64,000 nt of DNA. Origin: Macrostomum lignano (lineage: Eukaryota). Below are positions 39,680 to 52,898 of this stretch, piece by piece; position 1 is the first letter of the stretch, and each line of letters begins with the position of its first letter. The notes beneath the pieces were generated by a model. The model was not told the origin of the DNA and ran no database searches. It worked only from the letters and a program-made list of their open reading frames with translations. The DNA is taken from NCBI GenBank assembly GCA_002269645.1, contig NIVC01000393.1, forward strand, positions 62,001-126,000, written 5' to 3'. A program made the translations under genes and the position numbers.

Positions 39680-41625
39680 CAACATTTTGAATCTACACCC
39701 CACCTTCAAACTCTCTGAGTCTGAGACGAGGCTGCTAGGAGACTCAATTTTATCCCAACCCAAGCCCTTGATTTCGATGATCTGAGGAACAGCATGACAG
39801 AATTTCATCGTAGACCTTTCTGGAAAGACTTTTTCAAAAAGAGGGATCTCGCCAATACCAGCCCGCCCCCCTCACCGGGAAATCAGTGAAGGAGGTTCCC
39901 CCTAGTCTTGGAAGGGATGAGTGCAACTTGTTGGTACTTGAGAACCAAAAACTGGTGGAGGATTTGACAACGGTACAGATCAAAGGCAACCTAGAGGCAC
40001 CAGAGACCAGAGCGATTCAGGGGCTCAAGCGAAACAGCTCCGTCCTTATAAAAAGGCGGACAAAGGACAAAGGTAACGCAGTGGTCATCATGCACCGAAT
40101 TTACGAATTTGCAGCCTACAACCAATTGCTGGACACCAATGCCTATCAACAGCTGGACCAGCCACTGCAACCTGAGACTCCAGAAATTATCAGGGGATCT
40201 TCCTGGATTTAAGTGACAGAAAGTTCATATCTAAGAAACAGTTTTCTTTTCTTTGTCCCGGAGTGAACTTCGGTCCCCGGCATTTCTACCTGCTCCCAAA
40301 AATTCACAAGGACCCGGCCACCTGGCTGATTCCTTACGGGTCCCAGCAGGCAGACCTATTGTTAGTGGATGTAGTTCTGAAGCAATTGGGGCAGAAAAGT
40401 ACATAGACTTCTTTCTTAAACCAATTGCCCAAGCGCAACCCACTTTCATTAAGGACTCCTATGACTTCAAGGCACACCTTATGGATAAATGCTGCACGTA
40501 AGGTTCGACTCTGGCAACCTGTGATGTCGAGTTTATACTCCATGATCCCTATAGACCAGGGCATTGCAGCGATCCAGGAATTCTTTAACCGATACCCGGA
40601 TCCCATTAGACCGGATGCTAAGATAATAAAGCTAATAGAACTTTGTTTGTACAGGAATGACTTTGAATTTGACAAAATGATCTTCCTACAACTTAGAGGT
40701 ACAGCCATGGGGCGCATCTTTGCGCCCAGCTATGCCTGTCTCTTCATGAGTCTTCATTCTGGGAGGAAACTGCCTTGAGAACTGCTCTTTATAAGCCGAA
40801 AATTTATTTTAGGTACATATATGATATCTTTATTCACTGGGACTACCCGGCTGAAGCTCTGACAGAATTTGTTCGACACCTGAACTTCATCAACCCAAAC
40901 ATTAAACTCACCGTCAGCTCCTCATCAACTGAGGTCAGTTTCCTTGACATGACCATCAAGAAAGCTGATACCCGCTTCCCAACACAACTGTTTTCAAAAG
41001 AAACAGACACTGATAGATTGTTGCACCGACAGTCCTTCCATCTGTCATACACATTAAAGGGGGTAGTAAAATCCCAAGTCATTCGGTACGCTTGGATCTG
41101 TGAGGACTACAAGTCTTTCACCGATTCTTTCAATTCGTTGAAATCGGAACTCAAGCAGTTAGGCTATTCGAAGATTTTTCTTAAGAAACTGCAAAAAGGA
41201 GGTCCTCAAACTTATGAACTGGACTGCAGGACCAACGACCAATCTGGGTCTGCTTCCCAAAGGGTTCCATCTCTGTGAGTCATCCCGCTGCAAATGCTGC
41301 ACCCACTCACCGCCTGCTCTCTCCGCCCAGGGACTGGGACCGGCTTCCGGTTTTTTAATCTCTCAGAGCCTGTCCTGTGGCTCCAAGAGCATCATCTATG
41401 GCATCTCCTGCAACCAGTGCCACCCTGGGAAAATCCTCTATGTAGGGATGACGAGAAGAACCATGAGAGATAGAATGAACCAACACAGGTCAAATATAAC
41501 AGGAGAGCATAGATACTATATTATATAGTATCTATGCAGGAGAGTCGTTACTTCGGGGTCAGCGCACTTTCTCACCCCCAATCACTCGATTGCAAACTTG
41601 GTTACCATTGCTATTGAACAAGTTC
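39680..41625 (+). mobile_element. Decayed Penelope-like retroelement 1 (RT plus Cys-rich linker plus GIY-YIG; Neptune-like)
   Basis: Motifs across frameshifts: DKGNAVVIM, GRPIVSG, FIKDSYDF, GTAMGRIFAPSYACLFM, YFRYIYDIF, FLDMTI, CESSRCKCC, IYGISCNQC...LYVGMTRRTMRDRMNQHRSNI. Confidence 0.9.
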
Positions 41626-41694
41626 TTAATAACAACAACCCTATTTTCTAACAAAATATTTTAACACTCCGTGACCTCTCTTCTCTCTCTCTCT

Positions 41695-41744
<50 letters not shown>

Positions 41745-41819
41745 TTCTCATTCTCAGGCAATATTCTCTGGCACCAGCGCTTTGAATCAAATCGCCCTAC
41801 AGTGGCTGGTGCACACAAC

Positions 41820-44362
41820 GGCGGACATGAAGACGCATTACGGCACCCAGTTCGCAGCGGCGGTGGCCAAGAAGTTGGAGCAGCTTCGACTATCCGGCCC
41901 GGTGGAGGAATTCAGAACCGGCTGGCTTGTGGGCATCCGGTGGGCCGCTAACAAGATTGGCAGAACATGGAGCCCCCGCATCGTTGACGGTGTGATGGAG
42001 CACCTGTACACCCGCGGGTTCAAGGCACTGGCTGACTGTCTGAGTGAACCGGCTACGCAGCTCCATGCCCACACCGCATTCCCAAGCGTCGACCGCTGCC
42101 CCGCCTACGTCTGGTTTGTTGGCTTCCATCATCGAGGAGGCATCGACTGGAGCTAACGCGTCGGCGGCTTCATCGGCGGCCTCGTCGGCGACTGCGCCGG
42201 CGGCTTCATCGGCGCCTCGTCGACGGCCCTGTCGGCGGCCGCGACTCCGGTGAGCAGGGAGGTGTCCCTCCCCATGACCGATTCTGTTGGTGCTACAGAG
42301 ACGGTCACTGCTGAGGTCACTGACCGCAGAGCCCCAGCCACCACCAGAAAGCGACCCGCATCGGGGTCCCTAGAGTCGACGAGCCTGGAGCAGCCACCAA
42401 AATCCGCCAGGAACTTCCCTGAGAATCTGAGAATTCCCAAAGTCATCTTCCACGATGGCTCAAAGAAGAACCGGCACCTGAGATCGAGGCAGACGCCCAC
42501 CCTGGTGATCGCGGACCAAAACGTGGAGTTCGTGAAACCCGCCTCTCGGGACTTGGATGTGCACTGCTTTCCCGGCCTCACACTGGACTATCTCAAAAAT
42601 ATCTGCAGAGTCGAGAACGAGAGCCCCGCCACGAGCCGCATCATCATTTGGGCCGGCTACAATGACCTCCACCGCCAGAGCTTCGACCTTTCCATCGCCA
42701 GGCTCAGGAAGGCGAGCTTCACCAACCTAAGGAAGGACTTCCCCAACGCGACAATCTGGGCAGTGCAGGTGGTCTGCCCCCGGACGCCTCGGCAACGGTG
42801 AGGAAAAACTGCCACAATACCAACCAGCTGCTGAGCAGTCATCGATCGGTCAGCCTCATCACGTTGGACGACATCAGAGACGGGGTTAAAGACTGCAGGA
42901 ACACTCCGAATATCAGCAAGGCGGAGGCGAGGGCCCTGCGGAGGACCGGTCGAATAGGTCCATCGTCATCAAACCGGCCGACAAGGGCAGCCAGCTGGTC
43001 ATTCTGGACCGGCAGGACTATGTCTGTGAATGCCTGCGTCAGCTATAAAGACCCGCTGTTTTATCGGCCTCTGAGCGCACCGATCAGCCGCTTCACAGCC
43101 CAGATGATCCGCGGCGTCCTCAGATCGCTGCTGGACCGAAGGATCATCGATCGGCGCCAGTTCAACGTCTTCAATCCGAAGAGCGAGTTCCGCACGCGGT
43201 GCTTCTACATCCAGCAGAGGATCTACAATGACGTCGAGTCGTAGGCGCTCGGTGACATTCCTCCGGGTCGACCCATCGTGTCTGATGTGGATAGCGAGTC
43301 CTACGCCAGCGGCCGCTTCATCGACAGCTTCCTGCAGCAGATCGTCATCAATCTGCCCAGCTTCATCGCGGACACAGACCACTTCCAGGCCGCCATCCGC
43401 GGGATCGGTTGTGCGGCGTCCGAGAAGACCTTCCGGTTCACCATGGACGTCGCCAGCCTGTACACAACATCCCGACGGAGGCCGGTCTCGAGTGTGTGCG
43501 AAGAGCGTTTAGGGAGCACCCGGACAGCCGACGCCCAGACGCCAGCCTGCTCAGCCTGCTCAAGCTGAACCTGGAGCGCAACGACTCCGAGTTTGATGGC
43601 AGATACTTCCTGCACGTGAAAGGCACTGCCATTGGGAAGTCGTTCGCGTCCAGCTACAGCAGCATCTACATGGGCTACTGGGAGAAGAGAGGCCTGGAGA
43701 CCAGCCCGCAAAAGCCCAGCCTGTGGCTCCGCTGCATTGACGACGTCTTTGGAGTGTGGCGCGGCACAGAGGCGGAGCTGGTCCAGCTCCATCAATACCG
43801 AGACGCCCTCGACCCGAACATCCGACTTCAACTGAGCCACAGCAGCACAGAGGTAAACTTCCTGGACACCACCGTCTTCTGGGACCGCGAAGGCGACAGC
43901 AAAAGCCTGGCAACCAGGGTGTATTTCAAGCCCACCGACAGCCGAGCCCTCATCCACTGCGGCTCCTTCCATCCTAAGCTGACTTTCCGGGGCGTGGTGA
44001 AGTCTTAGACCCTCAGCTACGCCCGGCGGTGCTCCCGGATGGCCGACTTCGACGCAGCGTGCACCGAGCTGATGTCGAATCTGGCGCAGCACCAAGGCTA
44101 CAGCCGGCGCTTCCTCCGCACCATCAAGTACGACGTGCTGACGGAGCTGGGCTTCTACCCGACCAGACGGTGGGAGTTTGGCTTCCTGCCGCGCAACCCA
44201 GCCCGACTCTGCAAGTGCTGCCAGGCGCACGCCCAGTTCAACATCGTTTGTCCCGGTTCGGTAGCCACCACCGTCCAGATACTCATCTATGCCGTGTTCT
44301 GCCGCCAGTGCGACCACACAGTATACGTCGGCGAGACCGCCAACAGCATCCGCGGTCGCATG
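41820..44362 (+). mobile_element. Decayed Penelope-like retroelement 2 (N-terminal domain, SGNH-like domain, RT, GIY-YIG truncated)
   Basis: KPADKGSQLVILDRQDY, PGRPIVSD, FIADTDHF, DVASLYT, GTAIGKSFASSYS, LRCIDDVF, FLDTTV, YFKPTD and CKCCQAH...IYAVFCRQC..YVGETANSIRGRM. Several stops and frameshifts. Confidence 0.9.
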
Positions 44363-45576
44363 AAAAAATTCGCATTTTTTCTCTGCTTTTTTATTGTAAG
44401 GTTTGCTAACACTGTACGGTGCAACTGCACTTTTTGCTCTGAGCTTTTACTAACTTTTTATCTTGTCTATTTTGCCTTTTAATTTTACAATTATTCTCCT
44501 ACACTTAAAGATCGTTTAGGCCCACTTGTACAGTTTTAGCCACCCCCTCCGCATTTCTCAGAGTCTCAGACTCGTTTCAATGTACTGGCCATGTGTACTG
44601 TTTTAAGCGCTTGAGCACACCCATTTATCGATCGTCCCTCCCTGGCGATATCGCCTTTATATATTGACGGTAATTCAGTTTAATGTTACCATGTTAGTTT
44701 CCGCATAGTGAACCCCCCCCTGCCAAACAGTGGCCCTCCTAATTCTAGCTGACCCCGATATCAAACTGAAATCTGCTACAAAGAAGCCCCAAAAGTTTAA
44801 GTAGCTAGTAGTAGGAGTTATGTGCACTCTGCCGCAGGAATTTCCGTGGGAAAACCACGGGCCTATAGTGTGTAAACATAGCGCCTATGTAAATGCATAG
44901 GTGGACTCTGCCGCAGGGAAAGCCATGGAAAAGCCATGGAGCCGCATCGGGCGGGCACCTATGTGGGAGAAATGTTTGTAAATCGTAGTAGGTTTTCCTG
45001 AGTTTGAAAAACTTTCACTTCCATGGCCCTCATCTCACCAAGAGTTGTCTAAACATTTGGGTGCTGACTATACAAGCATTCTATTGAAACAAAGATAAAT
45101 TCGTAGCAATTTGGCTGCGAAAAATGCGTCCTGAAGGAAATGTTCGGTATTAGTTTTGATTTTTGAATAAAAAATTCAGTGAGAGTCTTTTTAGATGGTG
45201 ACTCCGTTTGGTCAAGAGTGCCTTCGCACTTGAGTAAATTGGACTGAATTTGTTGTGAAAGTGAACTTGCAAAGCGCCGTTTATTGCTTTGTTTTTGCTG
45301 ATTTTATTGAATTTGGCGGCGGGGAAGTGGGGTGGCGGTCTTTAAAACTAATTTGTACACTGGGCGGGGGAATGTTATCAGTTTTATTGCTTTTATTGAA
45401 TAACGGCAAGAAAATAACTAGTGTATACACATATGTAACGTGTAAACATATCTCTGTGTGTGCATATTGGGCGAATTGTCTGGTGATTTGGATATAAGGA
45501 CTGAAACTTTCTACTGCCCCCATTAAAGTCAGATATTTTTAAAATTCTCCTTTTTGAATTCTGTTAAAAAACAATA

Positions 45577-47061
45577 ATGAGCAGGACACGCTGCCCATCC
45601 TTTGTGCATGAGGTTTGCACAACCTGCAATATAAGCCGACTCGGTGGGTTAAAATCGTATGAGCACACTGCTCGTGAGACCTGCAGCATCACCCGCTGGC
45701 TGATCTGCTACGAATGTAAATCCATCGAACTGTTCACGGCAAGAAACCAATCGAGAAGACATGGAAGCCACATCGTTGTAAATTGGAACTCGGCTGAGGA
45801 TCGGGAGCAAGCCCGCATCATCGCTTTGGAGGTGGCGGAGCAAGAAGAGGGATTTAGAGCTGCTGAGCGAATTCGAGAACCTGAGAGCTCACTGAGTCAG
45901 GTGATCTCAAGTTTATGTGGTCGGCCATCGATGACGATCACCGCTGAGCTGCCTGCCGCCTCCTCTGATCCTCCGCCGATCACCGCTGAGCTGCCTGCCG
46001 CCTCCTCTGATCCTCCGCTGATCACTGCTGAGCTGCCTGCCGCCTCCTCTGATCCTCCGCCGATCACTGCTGAGCTGCCTGCCGCCTCCTCTGATCCTCC
46101 GCCGATCACCGCTGAGCTGCCTGCCGCCTCCTCTGATCCTCCGCCGATCACCGCTGAGCTGCCTGCCGCCTCCTCTGATCCTCCGCCGATCACTGCTGAG
46201 CTGCCTGCCGCCTCCTCTGATCCTCCGCCGATCACCGCTGAGCTGCCTGCCGCCTCCTCTGATCCTCCGCTGATCACTGCTGAGCTGCCTGCCGCCTCCT
46301 CTGATCCTCCGCCGATCACTGCTGAGCTGCCTGCCGCCTCCTCTGATCCTCCGCCGATCACCGCTGAGCTGCCTGCCGCCTCCTCTGATCCTCCGCCGAT
46401 CACTGCTGAGCTGCCTGCCGCCTCCTCTGATCCTCCGCCGATCACTGCTGAGCTGCCTGCCGCCTCTGATCCTCCGCCGATCACTGCTGAGCTGCCTGCC
46501 GCCTCTGATCCTCCGCCGATCACTGCTGAGCTGCCTGCCGCCTCCTCTGATCCTCCGCCGATCCCTACTGAGCTGCCTGCCGCCTCCTCTGATCCTCCGC
46601 CGATCACTGCTGAGTTGCTTGCTGTCACGATGGATGAAGATGGTACTGAGCTGCCCGAATTAGATACGGCGTTCCTTGAGGAGTTTAATTTAGAATCTCA
46701 GGCCGACAACGTGACCAAAAGTTTGAGCAAACAACAACAACAACAACAACAACAACAGCAGCAGCAACGATCCGCCATCCCAGTAGCTGGAAAGAATCTT
46801 GAGCAGGCTAGGACGATGATGATGCCAGAAAACAGTATTTCTGACATTCTCCGCGAGCGGGAATCTGGCCCTGCTCAACCACCAACGATGGATGCGGAAG
46901 CAATGGCGGGGGCAACAACGGGTGAGGCTGAGACTGCTTCTTCTGGAGTGCAGCAGCAGCCTTCGTATGTGTCTATTCAACTCGTCCTTCCTAGCAGTGT
47001 TGTGGGAGAATACTGGGTTGACCTCGGGGGTAACTTTAGAATCCGGCTTAGCAACTCATAA
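45577..47061 (+). CDS. Polinton accessory protein: Cys/His-rich N-terminus, ~16 copies of a 14-aa repeat (ITAELPAASSDPPP), poly-Q
   Basis: 494-aa ATG ORF; the 42-bp in-frame repeats span ~45937-46620; TATAAG lies ~80 nt upstream. Function unknown. Confidence 0.65.
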   Translation: MSRTRCPSFVHEVCTTCNISRLGGLKSYEHTARETCSITRWLICYECKSIELFTARNQSRRHGSHIVVNWNSAEDREQARIIALEVAEQEEGFRAAERIREPESSLSQVISSLCGRPSMTITAELPAASSDPPPITAELPAASSDPPLITAELPAASSDPPPITAELPAASSDPPPITAELPAASSDPPPITAELPAASSDPPPITAELPAASSDPPPITAELPAASSDPPLITAELPAASSDPPPITAELPAASSDPPPITAELPAASSDPPPITAELPAASSDPPPITAELPAASDPPPITAELPAASDPPPITAELPAASSDPPPIPTELPAASSDPPPITAELLAVTMDEDGTELPELDTAFLEEFNLESQADNVTKSLSKQQQQQQQQQQQQRSAIPVAGKNLEQARTMMMPENSISDILRERESGPAQPPTMDAEAMAGATTGEAETASSGVQQQPSYVSIQLVLPSSVVGEYWVDLGGNFRIRLSNS

Positions 47062-48024
47062 TTTGCGTTTAATTTTACTTAATGGGTAGATTGCTAATTA
47101 GTGGTAATCATGGTAAAAGATAAATGTACAATTTTAAATGTGTACATGGTTTGTAGCGTTTAATGTGTAGAAATTAACAGCCGAAAGACTAAGATATATA
47201 TGAATTACAATATCTAGGTAGCTTATTACAAAAATCAAGAAGTGCATTGGCTATAGTTCAATTGCAGCTTTGAAACCAATTATCTGAAGCAATTACTGTT
47301 TTGAAATAGCTAATGGGATCTCTCATTATAGGGATTATGTTCTCATACACTAAAGAGGTGTGAAACGGGGCACATCCTATCTGAAATGAGCATTGTGGTC
47401 TTTCGGCTGTAAACTTATAGGGTCGTAGTACGCTCGTATGCTCTACCGTTTCTGTGTTGTTGATTGACATTTCTGGGACCCCAATAATTTTGTAGGCTAA
47501 AAGTAAATGTTAGTTGCTCTATGCGTAATTGACAATGATCTATCAAGCAATTTTGCTCAAAGCCTTTAGTGTTTCTATTTGTTGTCACTAATTTGGATAA
47601 TTCTTTCGAAATAAAAGCTCGTAATACGAGCATGTGACGGCTTTGAATGCTGATGAAGAAACATGCCAGACTTGATTTTCAATCATTTCGATCCCTACTA
47701 AATATTTGGATAAAAAATAGGGTTGAGGAGCAGTAAAAATAAATAAATAAGTCGTGTTATTCATTTACAGCTGTTTATCCCCTTTGAAACTCTCCAAGCT
47801 CAGCTAGGCGAAATTGCTTACTCAGGAGCTTTTGATTTTTATTTTGAGTTAATTCCCCAATGATTTTGAGTCTATTAATTATAAATTTAAAGACTGCTTT
47901 GCTGATTCCTAGAAAAACAATTGTTAGCATTTGTAACTACATTTCAGCATCTGATTTCCATGCAAAATCAAATAAGATTTGAGCTGACACAGCACGTCCG
48001 GCACATCGAACTGACTGCTGTCTG

Positions 48025-48106
48025 ATGGAGGATTCGGTTCGGGAACCCACAGGACAGGGCTCGCTGCTAGAGTCCACCGATTTCAGTGTCGAACCTGGGA
48101 CCAACA
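48025..48106 (+). CDS. Predicted leader exon of pPolB (27 codons plus 1 nt)
   Basis: ATG at 48025, donor a|gtgagt at 48107 and acceptor tttcctttaccag| at 48455. The phase-1 join is in frame with pPolB. Confidence 0.6.
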
Positions 48107-48455
48107 GTGAGTTAGATTCACTATATAGTTTGCGAATTCTTTGAATAATAGATTACGAATCTGAAAAATCCCCACAACCAATCAGACAGGTGATTGACTC
48201 ATTTAAATGAAACGCCATAGTTTAGTTAATCTATGAGCAACTTTCAAATTATTGGGATTCCCAAGCTCGGATCCACTGATTACCGATATGCCATGCAACT
48301 CCTGTAGCTATATGAATCATATCAAAAACGTCATGGGATTTGGTCCTTCAATAATATTTCTAATTAAAAATCAAAATTAAAAAATTAACTTTGCTCAAAA
48401 ATATTTTAATATACTTTGCTTTAATTTCTATACAATATTTTATTTCCTTTACCAG

Positions 48456-51400
48456 GAATCCCATTCCGATCTGCAATCGTATCAACGGCGCACGACAATG
48501 TCCTTCAAGTGCTGCGCTTTATTCCGACTGTGCCATGCGATCCGTTTGAATTTCTTCGTGAGGCCAAAGACGCCATTCGACAGGCACTTGAATTGCGACT
48601 CGACTCTTCTGATGGCCAGTCTGTTCGCGCACAACTCAAGCTCAACGTTCGCATGGTTAGACTCGCTGCAACAGATGTATTGCCTATTAATGCTGAAAAT
48701 AAGTACATCGCACACCACCTGGTATGCCTTAATACCATATGCGAGTTTAAGAACTGGTGGATGCAGCAATTTGCTGAGCTTGAGCGCAAAATTGACGTTT
48801 ACAATTCTAATGGCAGTGGATGGGTTGTTGATGGTCTCAATCACGTCGATCTTTGCAGTGCCCTGTCCGACCGCATTCGGTACTATTCGGGTAGATGTAG
48901 TGAATTTTCCTTGCCTATTGAGCTACGAGTACTCAACAAAAAGGCTCTCATTAATCCGCCGAGTAATGGAAATGACTGTTTCCGCTTTGCCTGTTTGGCC
49001 TATCTTCATCGTGATGATCCCACCGTGAAGAAGTCGGGCCACAGATTGTCGACTTACAAAAAGTGGGAGGCGGAAATTGATTTGACAGGTATTAATCTGC
49101 CAGTCTCAATAAGTGACCTAGAAGCGATCGAGCAGAGAAATAAAGAAATCTGTTTCACGGTTCTAACATGGGAGAATTCGGAGCCTTCAGTGATCCGCCA
49201 ACCCAGCGCACAATTGGCGACATCTCGGAAGATTGTGCTACTCATGTTGGTGCAGTCAACATTGTCTCACAGGGACTCAGAAGATGATAGTGAAGAGGAT
49301 GACGAGCAGGAAAATGATGGGATCGATTCCAACAATCTTAGCCACTGGTGTGCAGTGTCAAGCCTCGATCGGTTGTTCAACAGCAAAGGAGGTTTTCGAA
49401 ATCGAAAGTGGTGTGAACGATGCTTGAGTAATTTTCGAACCGAAAAAGATCTACAATCACACCAAGTGCATTGCAATCTCCAAGATTCGATCTCCATCAA
49501 AGAGATTATGCCTGAGCCAGAAAGTTGCTTCCTGCGCTTCAAGTCCTGGGAGAAGACACTGAGCCCTCCTTTTGTCGTCTACGCCGACTTTGAAGCACTG
49601 AACGTTCCAACTACTGCTGTAGATAATACACCATCAATCACCAAGCTAACAGAGCACGTGCCAGCTGCTGCAGGCTACATCACAATCTCCCGAGAGGGAA
49701 TTAGCCAGTTGCGTAGGCCTTGCGAGGATGTAGCTCTGTTTTGCAGTTCTGATGCACACGCATGCGTCAAGGAATTTTTGATTTCTCTGGAGCAGCTGGC
49801 TCGAAAAATTTATGACTGGAACAAGGAGTTCAGTCACAAGCCAGCCGTTAAACATGAATCAGACATTAGAAAATTTAATGAGTCTGTTTGCTGCCACTAT
49901 TGTGAAGAAAGAATTTTCTCTTCTAGTGAGAAGCACTGGGACCACGATCACTTGACTGGTGCGTTCCGTGGTGCTGCCTGCAGTTCATGCAACAAACTCG
50001 CCAGACTAAAGCGCCGCTTTCTACCAGTTGTTCTACACAACTTGCGTGGCTATGATCTGCACCTCATCTTCTCAACCGCCCTTGGGGATATGCCTGGCTG
50101 GAAAATCAGCATCATCCCGCAAGCAGCCGAGGCATACCTATCAATGCGGGTTGAGTTCAAAATCGATGAATTTGAAAAGGATGGTAAGATGAGGCCACTA
50201 AACTTCACACTTCAGTTTATCGACAGCTTGCAGTTTCTACACAGTAGCATTGCACAACTAATTGCAACTTTGCCGAAAGATGAATGCGTAGTGACAGCTC
50301 GAATGCGTGAGCATTTCCCAAACGTAAGCAATGAAGTCCTTTTTTCAAAGGGAGTATTCCCGTACGACTATCTTTCTGGTAGTCATGTACTCAGTGATAC
50401 GCAACTGCCTAGCCGAGAGCAATTTTTCAATCGATTGAACAACTGTGAATGTAGCCTAGCAGAGTATGAGCATGCTCAAAAAGCATGGCGCGAATTCGAT
50501 GCGGTTAACTTGCGTCATTATATGCTCTGCTACCTTGAGTTGGATATCCGTCAACTTGCGGATATTTTTGAGAATTTCCGCCGGCTCAGCCTCCGAGAAG
50601 ATGGACTGGATCCGGCCCATTTTGTATCAACACCTGGGCTTTCATTCGCTTCCGCCCTTAAGTCACTTTGTGGCAATGGCATTCAGCTTTTGAGCGACAA
50701 CAAAATGTATCGAACCTTTGAGAGAGGCATTCGTGGTGGCATGTGCTTTGTCAACATTCATCATGTGCAGGCAAGTATGGCTGAAAGCACTGAAGCGGCT
50801 AATCGTCAACCAACCAAAAGTTTGCTAGCAGTAGACGCAAACAATCTCTATGGCCACGCTCTCACAATGCCACTCCCAGTCAAAGGCTTCCGTTGGCTTA
50901 GTGAGGGAGAAGTTAACAGCTGGACGGAAGAGAGATTTTTGGGCTTGAATGAAAATGGACCCGTTGGTTATCTCGTTGAGGCCGACCTTTACTATCCAAC
51001 CACAATTCATGATGGTACCGCAGATCTGCCGTTCGCGCCCGAAAAACGGAAAGCCAGATTTGACGACTTTCCGCCACACATGAAGCAGCTTTGGAATGTG
51101 CTGCATCAAAAACATCGTGAACATCAGCAGCAGGAGGAGCATGAGCTTTCCGAGTTAAGTAATTGTGAAGAATATCGTGGTTCTGAGAAACTGCTCCTTA
51201 CCTGTCACAACAAAATGGCTTATGTGTTGCACTCTTCCGCGCTAAAGTTCTATCTGGCACATGGCTTGAAGCTGATCAAGGTGCACACGATGATTGAGTT
51301 CTACCAAGAGCCAGTTTTTGCCGCATATATCGCCAAGAATAGTGACAAGCGATCGAAGGCTGAAAATGAATTTGAAAAGGATTTCTATAAATTAAAGAAC

Positions 51401-52270
51401 AACAGTCTCTTTGGCAAGACAATGGAGAACGTACGCAAAAGACGAGACATTAGAATTATCAATTCTACCAACAAGGCCAGAATCTTTGCTGCCAATCCTA
51501 ATTTAAAGTCATTTACAATCATTACTGACAGCCTTAGCATATTTGAGCTACAGAAGGCTCAAGTGACTCTGGATCGACCTATTCCAATAGGGCAATGCGT
51601 ACTTGACCTATCAAAGATCGTGATGTACGAGCTGCTGTATGACAAGCTGAAGCCATTGCTGGAGCGTGATGGTGGGCGTGTTCGAGTTTGTGGCGGGGAC
51701 ACCGATTTGTTGTTTCTTTGCTTGGAAAACATTGACGTTCGGAAGGATGCCCTGCCTTTAATGATTGCCCATGATCTTCTAGACACGTCCAACTTCCCCA
51801 AGGACGATTTACTTCACTCCGATCGCTTAAAAGCAAAGCTGGGCTGCATTAAGGATGAGTCGGCTGGTGTACAAAATGAAGAGTGGATTCTGCTGCGGCC
51901 CAAGTTGTACTCATTCCTAACGAAGCAGTCATCAACTGACAAAAAGAAGGCGAAAGGCATTCAAGCGTGCGTTGTCAAGCGGAATTTGAGCCACGAAGAC
52001 TACCTGCGAGTTTACAGGGACTCAACTCAGCTATCACTTACTGTTCGCCGCATCGGTAGCATCAACCACAGATTGTTCACGCTCGAGCAACAGAAGTTGG
52101 CTCTAAGCATCTGGGAAGACAAAAGAGCCTGGATAGGACCCAACTCAAGCCTTCCTTTTGGACACTTTCGACTTTTGCAGCTACAGGAGCAGCAGCGCCT
52201 TCTAGATGAAGAATGCCAGCCGGTATGCAAACCCGATGACAGGTCAAAGCAGCGAAAGTTGCAGCTTTAG
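48456..52270 (+). CDS. polB: Protein-primed family B DNA polymerase (with terminal-protein region and EndoVII-like insert)
   Basis: Uninterrupted ORF of more than 1250 aa: NGSGW, YADFE (ExoI), CHYC...HDHLTGAFRGAACSSCN, HNLRGYD (ExoII), VDANNLYG (A), KLKNNSLFGK (B), GGDTDL (C, normally DTDS). Confidence 0.96.
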
Positions 52271-52898
52271 TTATATGACGACTGTTTTTAAGGAGCATTA
52301 GAAGTGATCGTAGCGTCAGGGTTGCTCATTATATGCGGGAATTACACAATTATTTTACAAATTATTATAATTCTAAATTAGTTATGACATTTAGCTTCAA
52401 ACGATAACTTTCTGCTTTGTGACACTGATTGCGTCTTCCATACTTAATTTGTTTTCACGACTCGTGCTACAGATAGACTGGCGTTTCAATTTGCTCAATT
52501 TTAATCATATTTTCTATTAATAAATGCAGTCGCTTTGGATCTGTTCTTTGCATTCGGTTGTGTTTTGTTTTCTGCTCACGAACTATTGCTCAGAAAAGTA
52601 AATATGCCGTTTCTTATTTTTTAGTACGTACAGTATACCAAATCATGTGCGTTGATTTTTCGCGAACTTGCTTTTTACTCTTTATTTTTAGCGTTTAGGA
52701 TTCATATCTCACCCTCTTGTAATTTTTTGTTCGTTGCTATATATTACTTTCTGCAATGATTTTATTTCCTCATGATTGATAAATAAAAGAAGAAAATTAA
52801 AAGACTCCATCTCATTGTACTTATTTTAAAATGGATTAAACAGCTTTTAGTGTCTGATATTTATTTAAATTACAGACCTTAAAGGAGAAAAACAGTTT
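52271..52898. terminator. AT-rich convergent 3' region between polB and TBP-like genes
   Basis: AATAAA occurs on the plus strand (~52519, ~52781) and the minus strand (~52682, ~52862). Confidence 0.5.

Noticed and set aside
45897-46628. Antisense 243-aa ORF (GGSEEAAGSSAVIG repeats)
   Set aside because: It is the reverse-strand shadow of the 42-bp repeats in the plus-strand ORF.
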